DNA from: a bacterium
GTDB lineage: Bacteria > Patescibacteriota > Minisyncoccia > Phycocordibacterales > UBA1006
Assembly (NCBI GenBank): GCA_037144045.1
Contig: JBAWXN010000002.1
Location: 1-52,733 of the forward strand
Reading direction: 5' to 3'
DNA: 52,733 nt
How positions within the stretch are numbered: position 1 is the first letter of the stretch; each line of letters opens with the position of its first letter. This document shows, piece by piece, positions 36,855 to 46,415 of this stretch. A model generated the notes under the pieces. It ran no database searches. It saw only the letters and a program-made list of their open reading frames with translations, and was not told the origin of the DNA. The translations under genes and the position numbers were made by a program.

Positions 36855-37526
36855 ATGAAAGCGCATCCTGAAAAAGTACTCATTATCCTTGAACGTGATA
36901 GCTATGAAAAAGACACTCAATTACTCAATCGATTAATTACCGCCCTTGCACCGAGTGGTTATACTCCTATTTGGTATAACCCTCACGGTGTGGGAAGTTC
37001 ACAACTCGTTACATCACACCCATTTGTTAATGCACTACCTCGCTGGCTACGAATTCTTATTAAAGCCCTACTCCTCATGCGACATCCTTCACGACTCGGA
37101 CATTATTTATCAAATGATGCTTGGCGTGAATCTACCATAGAAGGTCGCTGTATTAATCTAAAAAAATTTATAGGAACATTTAGCCCAGAAACTGAAATCG
37201 CAATTTTTTCACGATCTGCAGGCGGGCGTATTGCTTCAATCATTACTGACTCAACTGCAATTCGAAAAATCATATGCCTCGGATACCCCTTCAAACACCC
37301 CGACCAACCTGATGAACCAAGTCGCTATCGACATCTCGCACAACTACAGACACCCCTCCTCATTATTCAAGGGTCTCGTGATGTCTACGGTGGATATGGA
37401 ATTAGAAATAACTACCGATTATCACCTGCAGTAGAATTAGATTTTATAGATACTGATCATGATTTCAAATTAAACAACGAACAATTTATCTGGGTAGTAA
37501 ATCGTATTGTAAGATTTCTCAAATAA
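36855..37526 (+). CDS. Alpha/beta hydrolase (KANL3/Tex30-like)
   Basis: SRSAGGR nucleophile elbow, CLGYPF, LIIQGSRD.YG, DHD. Confidence 0.8.
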   Translation: MKAHPEKVLIILERDSYEKDTQLLNRLITALAPSGYTPIWYNPHGVGSSQLVTSHPFVNALPRWLRILIKALLLMRHPSRLGHYLSNDAWRESTIEGRCINLKKFIGTFSPETEIAIFSRSAGGRIASIITDSTAIRKIICLGYPFKHPDQPDEPSRYRHLAQLQTPLLIIQGSRDVYGGYGIRNNYRLSPAVELDFIDTDHDFKLNNEQFIWVVNRIVRFLK

Positions 37527-37598
37527 TTGACATAATTATTAAAAGTGCTATTGTGAAATAGTATTTTTATTTTGATTACCTCATTATAAATCCTGCTC

Positions 37599-38204
37599 GT
37601 GAACAATATTATAACGACTCATTCTGGGAATACGCGTCACGCAGTTCTCATTCATCCTTTTGGGATATGTATTAAATTTCCAAAAATAAATCTTTTCGAA
37701 GGATTACGAAAACTATTCAAAATCATTCAGCTCTTGTTTGAAATATTTGTTGTGAAAACAAAAAAACAATGGGAATTGGAGTGGTATGTAAAATGGATTA
37801 TATTTGGGCATTATGAACAAGTAGTTGTTAAGCCCGTAAGTTATTGCTGGATGCGCGGTATTATGGCAAATGGTAATGAATTCTATTACTACGTAACCAA
37901 TAGTAGTAATCCATTATTGATACCAACTTATTTTTCATTTTTCGGCCTCATTAATATCCAACCTATCGTAAACCCTATGACAACCCATCGCTACGACTTG
38001 TTTTCATTATTTTGGAGATCGACAGAGATCCCCAATGAAATGATGGGTTGTGATTCTCACGCATGGGAATCACAGAATTTCACCCAACACCAGGATGGTA
38101 CTATTGCGCTTTACGACTATGCCTCAACACGCGCATGGCCTATCGTTAAAAAATACGGACCTCGCTTTTCGAGAATTCTATTACCCACAATCACTTCATC
38201 GTAG
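37599..38204 (+). CDS. Hypothetical protein, possibly kinase-like fold
   Basis: IKFPK, DSH....NF and YDYA loosely resemble kinase motifs. Confidence 0.55.
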   Translation: MNNIITTHSGNTRHAVLIHPFGICIKFPKINLFEGLRKLFKIIQLLFEIFVVKTKKQWELEWYVKWIIFGHYEQVVVKPVSYCWMRGIMANGNEFYYYVTNSSNPLLIPTYFSFFGLINIQPIVNPMTTHRYDLFSLFWRSTEIPNEMMGCDSHAWESQNFTQHQDGTIALYDYASTRAWPIVKKYGPRFSRILLPTITSS

Positions 38205-38283
38205 TTGTGGTTTTTTATTTGAAAGAATGCTACAGTACTACCCAATTCATATTAAATAACCAGTACCTTAAAATTTATAGAAT

Positions 38284-39195
38284 ATGCAAATGAACGAGCA
38301 TTTAACCAAGCTCCAAAAGGAGCAAGGAAACCTTTGTTTACAAATCCGCGCCCAATGGAACCTGATTCCTGAAATAGTGCGCGATCGTCATCGTAACAAC
38401 ACGTTTGATGTACTTACTTATTTCTTTAAGGAAATCATTGCCGCTTGCAATGAACACTTTCTTTGTATTGAATTTAATGTCCCTTCATTCCAAACACTGG
38501 GATCAGAAGGAATTCGCGCACTGGAATTTTTATGCAAGTTCAGTAAACAACTGAACTTTTTTACTATTTACGATGCAAATTTCAGTAGTAGCACAGCCAA
38601 CATTCACGTAGCTATGCGCCCAACTCAACAATTGTCTGAGTATGTGTTTACGATGGCACAAGCGGTCACTGTAAATCCCTATTTCGGAAACAGTGACGGT
38701 ATTGGCCATTTCCTCATGGCACCGAGTGAATCTGGAGCGTTTGTAACCACTCGCACAAAAGGATTTGATGCAGATGAATTCCAAACATTACTCGTTGCAG
38801 CAGATGCGCAAACATTCCAGTATTGGGATAAGTTTGGTAACTATGCGAAAGACCTGGTTAGTATTCTTGATCAGAAACTTATTCCTCTTTGGCTTCTGAC
38901 AACTTATCGCGTAAGCGACCGTTGGGAATTTCCTGGTAAATGCTCTATTTCCATGAACAGCAACGACTTGGTAAATGACATTCGCCTTGCGCGCAAGGTT
39001 ATCCAAAAGGAAATGTTTATTAAAGTTCCCTATTCTAATGATATGAAACAAATCATTGACAATGGTCGCCTTGAAAATACTAATCGAGGCGTTATCGTTA
39101 CTGTTAGTGATCAAATCATTTATTTTGGCCGCGATGAACAATTCGCAGAAGCATCACGTGCCCGCGCACAATTTTATAAAGAACAACTTGCGTGA
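38284..39195 (+). CDS. OMP decarboxylase-like protein with degenerate active site
   Basis: PyrF-type segments (AVTVNPYFG.D....F, ...A..RA) but DANFSSS in place of DxKxxD. Confidence 0.6.
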   Translation: MQMNEHLTKLQKEQGNLCLQIRAQWNLIPEIVRDRHRNNTFDVLTYFFKEIIAACNEHFLCIEFNVPSFQTLGSEGIRALEFLCKFSKQLNFFTIYDANFSSSTANIHVAMRPTQQLSEYVFTMAQAVTVNPYFGNSDGIGHFLMAPSESGAFVTTRTKGFDADEFQTLLVAADAQTFQYWDKFGNYAKDLVSILDQKLIPLWLLTTYRVSDRWEFPGKCSISMNSNDLVNDIRLARKVIQKEMFIKVPYSNDMKQIIDNGRLENTNRGVIVTVSDQIIYFGRDEQFAEASRARAQFYKEQLA

Positions 39196-39279
39196 ATTAC
39201 AAAACCCTCCATTAAGGAGGGTTTATTTTTATTATTGACATTTTATATCAGAAGCATAGAGTAGATAAAACAAGGTCCT

Positions 39280-39804
39280 ATGAAACTAATCATGACCAGT
39301 ATCTTCTTTATAGTATGGTTTATGATGGGTACTTCACAACGTGTGTATGTACCTCAAAAACCTTATTCTGCAACTGATCGTTATAACGACAGCCTCCTTA
39401 TTTACAACGTGTATAAAACACAAATAGAAATGATTCAACGCATTACTTCTATTAACCAGCGGTCTTGGTATGACCGTTCAGCTCATGATGACAGTATTAT
39501 TGCATGTGCACTTATCAGGCTTAGGACATATAACAAGGTAGCCTATCAACCTGACTCTGAATTTAATCGCGAAGGAGTTGGCGTTGCCTTGCATTATCCA
39601 GCACCATCACTCCTCGAACATTCAGGACAGTTTGTCCAGAAAGTACTTTCGTTTCGATATTCTATTTTAGATACGCAAACGCATTTCATGCCAGATTCAT
39701 CGGGTCGGAAAATACCCTATAACATTCGGTATTACTATGACCATGGTCGAATCATTGCTGAAGAACGCATAAACCCTATCACCTTTGAAAAAATTAATCA
39801 GTGA
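39280..39804 (+). CDS. Hypothetical secreted protein
   Basis: Signal-peptide-like N-terminus; 174 aa. Confidence 0.6.
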   Translation: MKLIMTSIFFIVWFMMGTSQRVYVPQKPYSATDRYNDSLLIYNVYKTQIEMIQRITSINQRSWYDRSAHDDSIIACALIRLRTYNKVAYQPDSEFNREGVGVALHYPAPSLLEHSGQFVQKVLSFRYSILDTQTHFMPDSSGRKIPYNIRYYYDHGRIIAEERINPITFEKINQ

Positions 39805-39855
39805 CCCTTCGGGGTCTTTTTTGTCATTTTGGTAAATATAAGGTATAGTCCCGGT

Positions 39856-40428
39856 ATGATCATCAAGAGCGCACAATTTTTACAAGGAATCGTCCCTACA
39901 AGTAGTCCTCTCGAACCCACTATTCCACAGGTTGTTTTATATGGTCGATCAAATGCTGGAAAATCATCTACAGTTAACTGCCTTACGGGAAATAAAAAAT
40001 TAGCGCGTGCATCGGATACCCCGGGTCGCACTAAGGAAGCCAACGTATTCACAATCAATAAGTCATGGTACCTCATCGACATGCCTGGATACGGATATGC
40101 GGCAGCATCAAAAAATGATCGTGAATCCATTCATGGCTTGATTACATGGTTTATCCGCGAAACAGAAACAGAACAACGTAAGAGCGTATTAATCATTGAT
40201 AGTAAAATCGGCCTCACGGACTCTGATCGAGAAATACTTACTATGCTTATTGAACAAGGCGAATCTATTACAATTCTCATGAACAAGATCGACCGCCTTA
40301 CCCAAGCAAAAGTTTCTGCAACCACCAAGAAAGTCCGCGCTGAAATTCCGGCCGATATTACGATTATTCCCTTTTCAGCAAAGACTGGAAAGGGTATCCC
40401 AGCACTACTTGACTTAATTGGCAATTAG
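39856..40428 (+). CDS. engB: Ribosome biogenesis GTPase YihA/YsxC
   Basis: GRSNAGKSS, S.TPGRT, DMPGYG, NKID and FSA motifs; ATG 39856 lies 6 nt after TATAGT. Confidence 0.95.
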   Translation: MIIKSAQFLQGIVPTSSPLEPTIPQVVLYGRSNAGKSSTVNCLTGNKKLARASDTPGRTKEANVFTINKSWYLIDMPGYGYAAASKNDRESIHGLITWFIRETETEQRKSVLIIDSKIGLTDSDREILTMLIEQGESITILMNKIDRLTQAKVSATTKKVRAEIPADITIIPFSAKTGKGIPALLDLIGN

Positions 40429-40463
40429 TGCTATAATTGTTTTACAACAAATAAATAAGGTAT

Positions 40464-40988
40464 ATGAAAAATTTAATAGGAATTTTAGCGCTTGCGCTCA
40501 TTATGGTAACTGCATCAAGCTGTAGAAAACAGCGTGGCTGCACCCAAATTAACGCAGTAAACTATTCTCGAGTAGCCGAACAAGACGATGGCTCATGCTA
40601 TTACGATAACGGCAACAATGGGAATAATGGCAATGGTGGTAATACTCAAGCTACAACAGCCAGTGTATGGACCAATGGTTCGAGACAGATTTATGTCTGG
40701 ATCGGATACATAGATTCAAACAATATTAGCGGGCAGCGAAACACCGCACCTATGTGTAATAATGAATCGGGTTGCTTCCATACTGCGAAAGTAGTAGAAG
40801 GTGGCACTTATGATTTGTATGCACAATCGAATGACGGCAATGTATGGAGACAAACCATCACTATCGCAAAGGGTTGTAACACATATTTACTGGACCAGAG
40901 CGGCCTCCACAAAAAAGACTTAGACAGCGCTGGGTACACCATACCTATGCAGCCTATGCCTTCTATTGTAGATATGCGAAGACGCTAA
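40464..40988 (+). CDS. Putative lipoprotein
   Basis: Lipobox ASSC; GCT...A.NY...A..DDGSC motif. Confidence 0.75.
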   Translation: MKNLIGILALALIMVTASSCRKQRGCTQINAVNYSRVAEQDDGSCYYDNGNNGNNGNGGNTQATTASVWTNGSRQIYVWIGYIDSNNISGQRNTAPMCNNESGCFHTAKVVEGGTYDLYAQSNDGNVWRQTITIAKGCNTYLLDQSGLHKKDLDSAGYTIPMQPMPSIVDMRRR

Positions 40989-41113
40989 CAATTCAAAAAC
41001 TATTTTGAACGCCTCGATTCCATCGGGGCGTTTTTTGTTACTTGACTTAATTATAAAAATAATGTATTATATTTCTATCTCTCATCGCTAACGATAAGAC
41101 ATTTTCTATTTTC

Positions 41114-41701
41114 ATGAATAATTTTAAAAAGGGCGGATTTAATAAAGGAGGCTTCGGTGATCGAAAATCATTCGGAGGTAAACCTTCATTTGGTGGTAAA
41201 TCATCTTTCGGTGGTAAGCCGGATTTCAAGAAAAAATCTTGGGACAAAGGTGGTAATGATTTTGGTGGCGATCGACAAATGTTCGACGCGGTATGTAGTG
41301 GATGTGGCAAGTCATGCCAAGTTCCCTTCCGACCATCAAACGGAAAAGAAGTTTTCTGTAACGACTGTTTCGGTAAAGTAAAAGGCGATGAAACATTTGT
41401 ACGTAACGATTCACGCAGTGAATACCCTCGTGCAACTGGCGGACAAAACATTGACGCCGTAGTTCGACAATTACAAGTAGTTGCTTCAAAATTGGATCAA
41501 CTTATTGGAATTATGAACGCACAAGCTAAACAAGCTCCTAAACCTGTTACTGAAAAGAAACCAGAAATTTCTGTAGTTACATCTGTAGTTGCTGAAGCAG
41601 CAGATTCTAAACCAGCTTTTATTAAGAAGGCTCCAGCAGTAAAAAAAGTAGCAGCTCCTAAAAAAGTTGCCGCCAAAAAAGCTCCAGCGAAGAAAAAGTA
41701 A
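41114..41701 (+). CDS. CxxC-x17-CxxC domain protein
   Basis: CSGCGKSCQVPFRPSNGKEVFCNDCF; SFGGK repeats at the N-terminus; Lys/Ala-rich tail. Confidence 0.9.
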   Translation: MNNFKKGGFNKGGFGDRKSFGGKPSFGGKSSFGGKPDFKKKSWDKGGNDFGGDRQMFDAVCSGCGKSCQVPFRPSNGKEVFCNDCFGKVKGDETFVRNDSRSEYPRATGGQNIDAVVRQLQVVASKLDQLIGIMNAQAKQAPKPVTEKKPEISVVTSVVAEAADSKPAFIKKAPAVKKVAAPKKVAAKKAPAKKK

Positions 41702-41740
41702 TCTAAAAAACCACCCGGCGAACCTGGGTGGTTTTGATTA

Positions 41741-42403
41741 TTATTTTTTTTGATAAAGAAATGTTTGTCTCTCCAAGGACCAACCATCATCGGATATGTC
41801 TGATTCAAAACCCTCTACAGAGTCTACTAGTACCAAACCGTACTGAGTAGTGATGGAATCAATAAGTGAAAAAGCGTGCGCATACCCTATGGCTACACCA
41901 GAATCACGAACCACTGATGTAAAAGATGGATCCCAATGTATCCAGGTATCAAATGCAATGAATCCCTCCTTACAAACAATCCGTGCTGCTTCAGTAAGTA
42001 CGTGAGTAATGTTATGAATATAACCTATCGAACAACATGAAACCACTAGTGCTTGCGATTCTGTATCTAGAGGAACTCCTTCGGATTCAAGATCGACACA
42101 ATGGAGAAGTATTGAATCACGCAACGGGTGATTGTGCTTAATATCATCAAGCATATTTATTGCTCCATCAATAGCAACACTTTGTGAAAAATGAAAAGCT
42201 GTATTAAGTACCGGAATTGAAGGCCCCGGACCTGACCCTAAATCAGTCATACTTTTGTTTTCCAGAAAGGACTTTGCATAGGGTATTTGTGTAAGCATTG
42301 AAACAATGTCGTAACAGGGCCACACCGTACCTTGTTCATGCCACCATTTCCAATAATCACGCGGAGGGACTTGATCAGAGTTATAGTATTCTAATGCGTT
42401 CAT
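41741..42403 (-). CDS. Class I SAM-dependent methyltransferase
   Basis: DLGSGPG motif I, AID, VDL. Confidence 0.8.
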   Translation of the reverse strand: MNALEYYNSDQVPPRDYWKWWHEQGTVWPCYDIVSMLTQIPYAKSFLENKSMTDLGSGPGPSIPVLNTAFHFSQSVAIDGAINMLDDIKHNHPLRDSILLHCVDLESEGVPLDTESQALVVSCCSIGYIHNITHVLTEAARIVCKEGFIAFDTWIHWDPSFTSVVRDSGVAIGYAHAFSLIDSITTQYGLVLVDSVEGFESDISDDGWSLERQTFLYQKK

Positions 42404-42498
42404 TGATATTTTGTTTTTTGTACAGTACTATTTATATTACTTATTGTCAAACAACCCCCTGTTGTACTCGTAATACCTACACGTTATACTCTTAATCT

Positions 42499-42834
42499 AT
42501 GCATACATTTTTTATGAACCTCTGGTCTACATTTGTACGAACCATGCACTCTATTCATTTCTTTAAATATGGATTTATGATGAATGACAGTATTTGGATT
42601 CATATGATTGGTGGCGGTATCCTCGGTAAAATTATTCACCGGTATTTACCAGCGAAGTACACCATTCTCATCGTACTTGGTATTGCTATTACCTGGGAGT
42701 TTATTGAAATATACCTTGAAACTCCAAACAAGGCGGCACTCCTTGCGGTGTACGGTTCAGTAGAACGGTATATCTATGACAGTATTGGTGATATTATCGG
42801 CGCTGTTATTATTGCAGCACTCTGCATTTTCTAA
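42499..42834 (+). CDS. Small membrane protein
   Basis: HMIGG...WEFIE...DSIGDII pattern. Confidence 0.65.
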   Translation: MHTFFMNLWSTFVRTMHSIHFFKYGFMMNDSIWIHMIGGGILGKIIHRYLPAKYTILIVLGIAITWEFIEIYLETPNKAALLAVYGSVERYIYDSIGDIIGAVIIAALCIF

Positions 42835-42909
42835 TTAAAATCCTTACATAGTTACTGTGCAAGGATTTTTAACCCTTCTCTTTTCCTAAAAAATGTCTAT
42901 ACTACGGCT

Positions 42910-44376
42910 ATGAATTATGACGTTGCGGAATTACTCGCACTCAAACCAAATCTGACCGCGGACGAACAAGCACTCATTGTGCGAGCTTTTGAGTTCAGTA
43001 AACAAGCGCACGAAACTCAAAAACGTAACAGTGGCGAACCGTATTTCTACCACCTATTTAAAACGGCTGAAATTCTTGCAACTATGAATGCTGATGCAGT
43101 GACCATCGCTGCAGGATTACTGCATGACGTTCTCGAAGACACAGCAACTACCGAAACAGAACTCACTGAAGAATTTGGTCAGGAAATTGTAACTTTGGTG
43201 GAAGGAGTAACAAAGCTAGGTCATTTAAAATACAAAGGTATCGAACGCCACGCTGAATCCTTGCGTAAATTTTTCATCGCAAGTGCTCATGATATTCGAG
43301 TGGTAGTAATCAAGCTTGCTGATCGATTGCACAACATATCAACTCTTGAACACGTGCGTCCTGAAAAACAGAAGCGTATCGCTCTTGAAACCTTGCAAAT
43401 TTATGCACGCCTCGCTGATCGATTAGGAATGGGTAAAATGAAAGCGCAATTGGAAGACAAGGCATTCCCTTTTGCGTATCCGGAAGAATACCTCAAGGTG
43501 CAAAAGTTGTTGAATGAATTTACATCGCACGGGGAACAACACCTTACTCAAGTAGCAGAAACGTTACGTGATGAACTTAAAATACTTGATGCAAATATCA
43601 CCAGTTTGAACTACCGTGTAAAACATTTATTTAGTTTATGGGAAAAGTTAAAACTTAACGATTACGACATTGGGAAAATATTCGATATCTTCGCCTTGCG
43701 TATTTTAGTTCCAACGGTTGGTGATTGTTACCAAGCATTGGGTATTATTCACGGACTCTACAAGCCTTTGCCTGGGAAGTTTAAAGACTATATTGCACTT
43801 CCTAAAAAGAACGGCTACCAGTCACTCCATACTACCGTATTTGATGGATCAGGAGGAATCATTGAAATCCAAATCCGAACGGTAACCATGCACGAAGAAG
43901 CCGAATACGGAATTTATTCCCATGTGGGATACAAAGAAACCAATAAAGGAATTGTTGGTGGTGCAACCCATACCAAAACCCATTGGACTAAGGAACTCCT
44001 CGAGGCGCAGCGAACCATGCAAAAACCAGAAGAATTCCTGAGTCATCTAAAACTCGACTTCTTCACCGAGCGAGTATTCGTGTACACACCCCAAGGTGAT
44101 GTTATCGAGCTCCCTAAAGGTGCCTGTGTTATTGATTTTGCGTATGCTATCCATTCAGATATTGGGAACCATATTTTCGGAGCAAAGATCAATGGCAAAA
44201 TGGCACAGCTCCACACTCAAGTTCACCAAGGTGACATTATTGAAATTCTCACCAGTGATAAAAATAAACCCAACCGAAAATGGCTGGAATTTTGTAAGAC
44301 CACTCTTGCGAAACAACAGATCAGAAAACATATCAAGGAACATGGAGGTATGATCGACAAAATGCTCTTGCAATAA
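42910..44376 (+). CDS. RelA/SpoT family (p)ppGpp synthetase/hydrolase (HD + synthetase + TGS, no ACT)
   Basis: RNSGEPYF.H, LLHDVLEDT, KLADRLHN, GYQSLHT, EIQIRT..MH..AEYG, TGS domain. Confidence 0.95.
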   Translation: MNYDVAELLALKPNLTADEQALIVRAFEFSKQAHETQKRNSGEPYFYHLFKTAEILATMNADAVTIAAGLLHDVLEDTATTETELTEEFGQEIVTLVEGVTKLGHLKYKGIERHAESLRKFFIASAHDIRVVVIKLADRLHNISTLEHVRPEKQKRIALETLQIYARLADRLGMGKMKAQLEDKAFPFAYPEEYLKVQKLLNEFTSHGEQHLTQVAETLRDELKILDANITSLNYRVKHLFSLWEKLKLNDYDIGKIFDIFALRILVPTVGDCYQALGIIHGLYKPLPGKFKDYIALPKKNGYQSLHTTVFDGSGGIIEIQIRTVTMHEEAEYGIYSHVGYKETNKGIVGGATHTKTHWTKELLEAQRTMQKPEEFLSHLKLDFFTERVFVYTPQGDVIELPKGACVIDFAYAIHSDIGNHIFGAKINGKMAQLHTQVHQGDIIEILTSDKNKPNRKWLEFCKTTLAKQQIRKHIKEHGGMIDKMLLQ

Positions 44377-44404
44377 TGCAAGAGCATTTTGGTATACTAA
44401 CTCC

Positions 44405-45025
44405 ATGAAACGAATTTATAAAGTTGTTGCAATCACTGTTGTAGTCATCAGCATCATCGTAGCCAGTGGTATTATTTTTTTTGGTCGCGTAATTCCACGG
44501 AATACTCCTGATCATGGTATTGTCGCACCCGCATCAGGAAAAATTATCAGCATCTTTGACACGGATAATCCAACCATTGTTTTTGAAAAGCAGGGTGTTA
44601 CCAATAACGTAACCCTCCCTGAATTTTCTGGCCCGGTTCATGTAATTCTTATTGAACTCAATCTAGGTGATGTTCATGTGCAACGTTCTCCTATTTCTGG
44701 AACCATTGTCCGCATGGACCATTTTGACGGTGACCATGTAAATGCACTTGGCTCAGAAAAAACTACGATTGCGGCAACCAATGAAAAAGTAGTTTCTGTG
44801 TTTAAAAATAATACAACTACCATAGGAGTAGTGCAAGTAGCAGGACGTGCCGCACGAAGAATTAGAAACAGTGCACCAGTCGGATCATCTGTGACTACTG
44901 GTCAAATGTACGGACGTATCCTCCTGGGTTCACAAGTAGTCGTTATTATTCCTCAGCACATTCCTCTCAATGTTCAACTGGGTGAAAAACTCGTAGACGG
45001 TGAAACACTCCTTGTCAACCAGTAA
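44405..45025 (+). CDS. psd: Phosphatidylserine decarboxylase proenzyme
   Basis: VAPASGK, DVHVQRSPISG, QVAG..ARRI, ILLGSQV cleavage motif. Confidence 0.85.
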   Translation: MKRIYKVVAITVVVISIIVASGIIFFGRVIPRNTPDHGIVAPASGKIISIFDTDNPTIVFEKQGVTNNVTLPEFSGPVHVILIELNLGDVHVQRSPISGTIVRMDHFDGDHVNALGSEKTTIAATNEKVVSVFKNNTTTIGVVQVAGRAARRIRNSAPVGSSVTTGQMYGRILLGSQVVVIIPQHIPLNVQLGEKLVDGETLLVNQ

Positions 45026-45099
45026 CAACGTTTGACTGATTAACAAATTAATGTTAGTTTAATCAAGTATCTCATTCTTCATTTTAAAAAAATTGTCTT

Positions 45100-45678
45100 A
45101 TGACATTAATCGCCTCTCAAGTTAAGACCCTTGATGATATTCTCAAGGAAAAAATTCGAACGGTTCCTGATTTCCCTGAAAAAGGAGTCCAGTTCAAAGA
45201 CATCCAGAGCGTACTTATTGACGCAGAACTTCGTAAACTAGTTAAGGAAGGCCTTATCAAGGCCGTTCCTATGAATGGTAGCGAATTCGCGTTTGATGCC
45301 GTACTTTGTTTTGACGCACGCGGGTTCATATTCGCAGGCGCTATTGCAGATGCCGCAGGTGTAGGCGTTATCATGGCCCGTAAAAAGGGTAAGTTACCTC
45401 CACCGGTAATTAGCCAGGAATATTTGAAAGAATATGGCCCTGATTTATTACAAGTAGAGGAAGGACTTATTAAGCCAGGAATGCGCATCCTTATTCATGA
45501 CGATGCTTTGGCTACTGGCGGAACATCTGCTGCAGCCGCTATTATTGTTCAAAACTGTGGCGGTATTGTTGTCGGTTTTAATTACATCATTGAGCTCGAA
45601 GCGCTTGGTGGCAAGAAAGTACTTGCACAATACGTTGCAGATCCTGCACTCATCACGAGTCTGGTAACCTACCGTTAA
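45100..45678 (+). CDS. apt: Adenine phosphoribosyltransferase
   Basis: IRTVPDFPEKGVQFKDI, DARGFIF, DDALATGGT. Confidence 0.93.
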   Translation: MTLIASQVKTLDDILKEKIRTVPDFPEKGVQFKDIQSVLIDAELRKLVKEGLIKAVPMNGSEFAFDAVLCFDARGFIFAGAIADAAGVGVIMARKKGKLPPPVISQEYLKEYGPDLLQVEEGLIKPGMRILIHDDALATGGTSAAAAIIVQNCGGIVVGFNYIIELEALGGKKVLAQYVADPALITSLVTYR

Positions 45679-45778
45679 TAGCATCACAGCTAATATTTTT
45701 ACTTATGAGAGACCCAACCCGGGTCTCTTTTTATTGACTTTAGACTGAAATAACGTATAGTAGCAAAAAATTCGATCA

Positions 45779-46381
45779 ATGGCAGATTTAAAATTATTCA
45801 TTGCTTTCCTAGGAGGCAAACAAGGGGATGACAAAATTGAGTCTCACAATTTATTTTTTGGAGTTGGTGAAACATTTGAATCACTCCTCCCTGCAATTAA
45901 AAAATCATGGAAAGGAGTCAAGAAACTTCACGTTGATTCCTGGATGGCAATTGAGCAGGTTGACGGACACGCCATAAAGGTTACCCGTAATGAAGGTAGT
46001 CAACCTCATAATCCAGAACTTTTTCCAAAATTACTATTGGTAAATATTGGATTCTACAAACGCGCAGAACTAGGCGAACAACACCGCCTTATCACCCTCC
46101 TCCTGAAGAACGAATCGGAAACTATTCATAACAAACTTATGAAAAGTGATCCTGACTTTTTTAAAGGTCAAAGTGGTACCGAACCTGGCAGGTCTCATGT
46201 TGATGACCAACATAATCTATCCCAGGCACAGGAATACGATACCGATGACGTATTTAATATCAGCGAAGAAATTCCTGATTGCCTGTTTGAATTTATTCCT
46301 TTATCGAAAAATGAATTACGTATTATTGAACCGACTTCCGGATTTCTGTTTCTTAAAGAATTAGCAGCACTTCCTGAGTAA
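45779..46381 (+). CDS. DUF1543 family protein
   Basis: KLF...LGG......IESH...F.VG; LHVDSW; H.DD. Confidence 0.75.
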   Translation: MADLKLFIAFLGGKQGDDKIESHNLFFGVGETFESLLPAIKKSWKGVKKLHVDSWMAIEQVDGHAIKVTRNEGSQPHNPELFPKLLLVNIGFYKRAELGEQHRLITLLLKNESETIHNKLMKSDPDFFKGQSGTEPGRSHVDDQHNLSQAQEYDTDDVFNISEEIPDCLFEFIPLSKNELRIIEPTSGFLFLKELAALPE

Positions 46382-46415
46382 TAATAAAACCCACCGCATC
46401 ATAGGTGGGTTTATG

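Noticed and set aside
41114-41250. SFGGK-type tandem repeats as a DNA repeat element
   Set aside because: This is low-complexity coding sequence typical of the CxxC-x17-CxxC family N-terminus.
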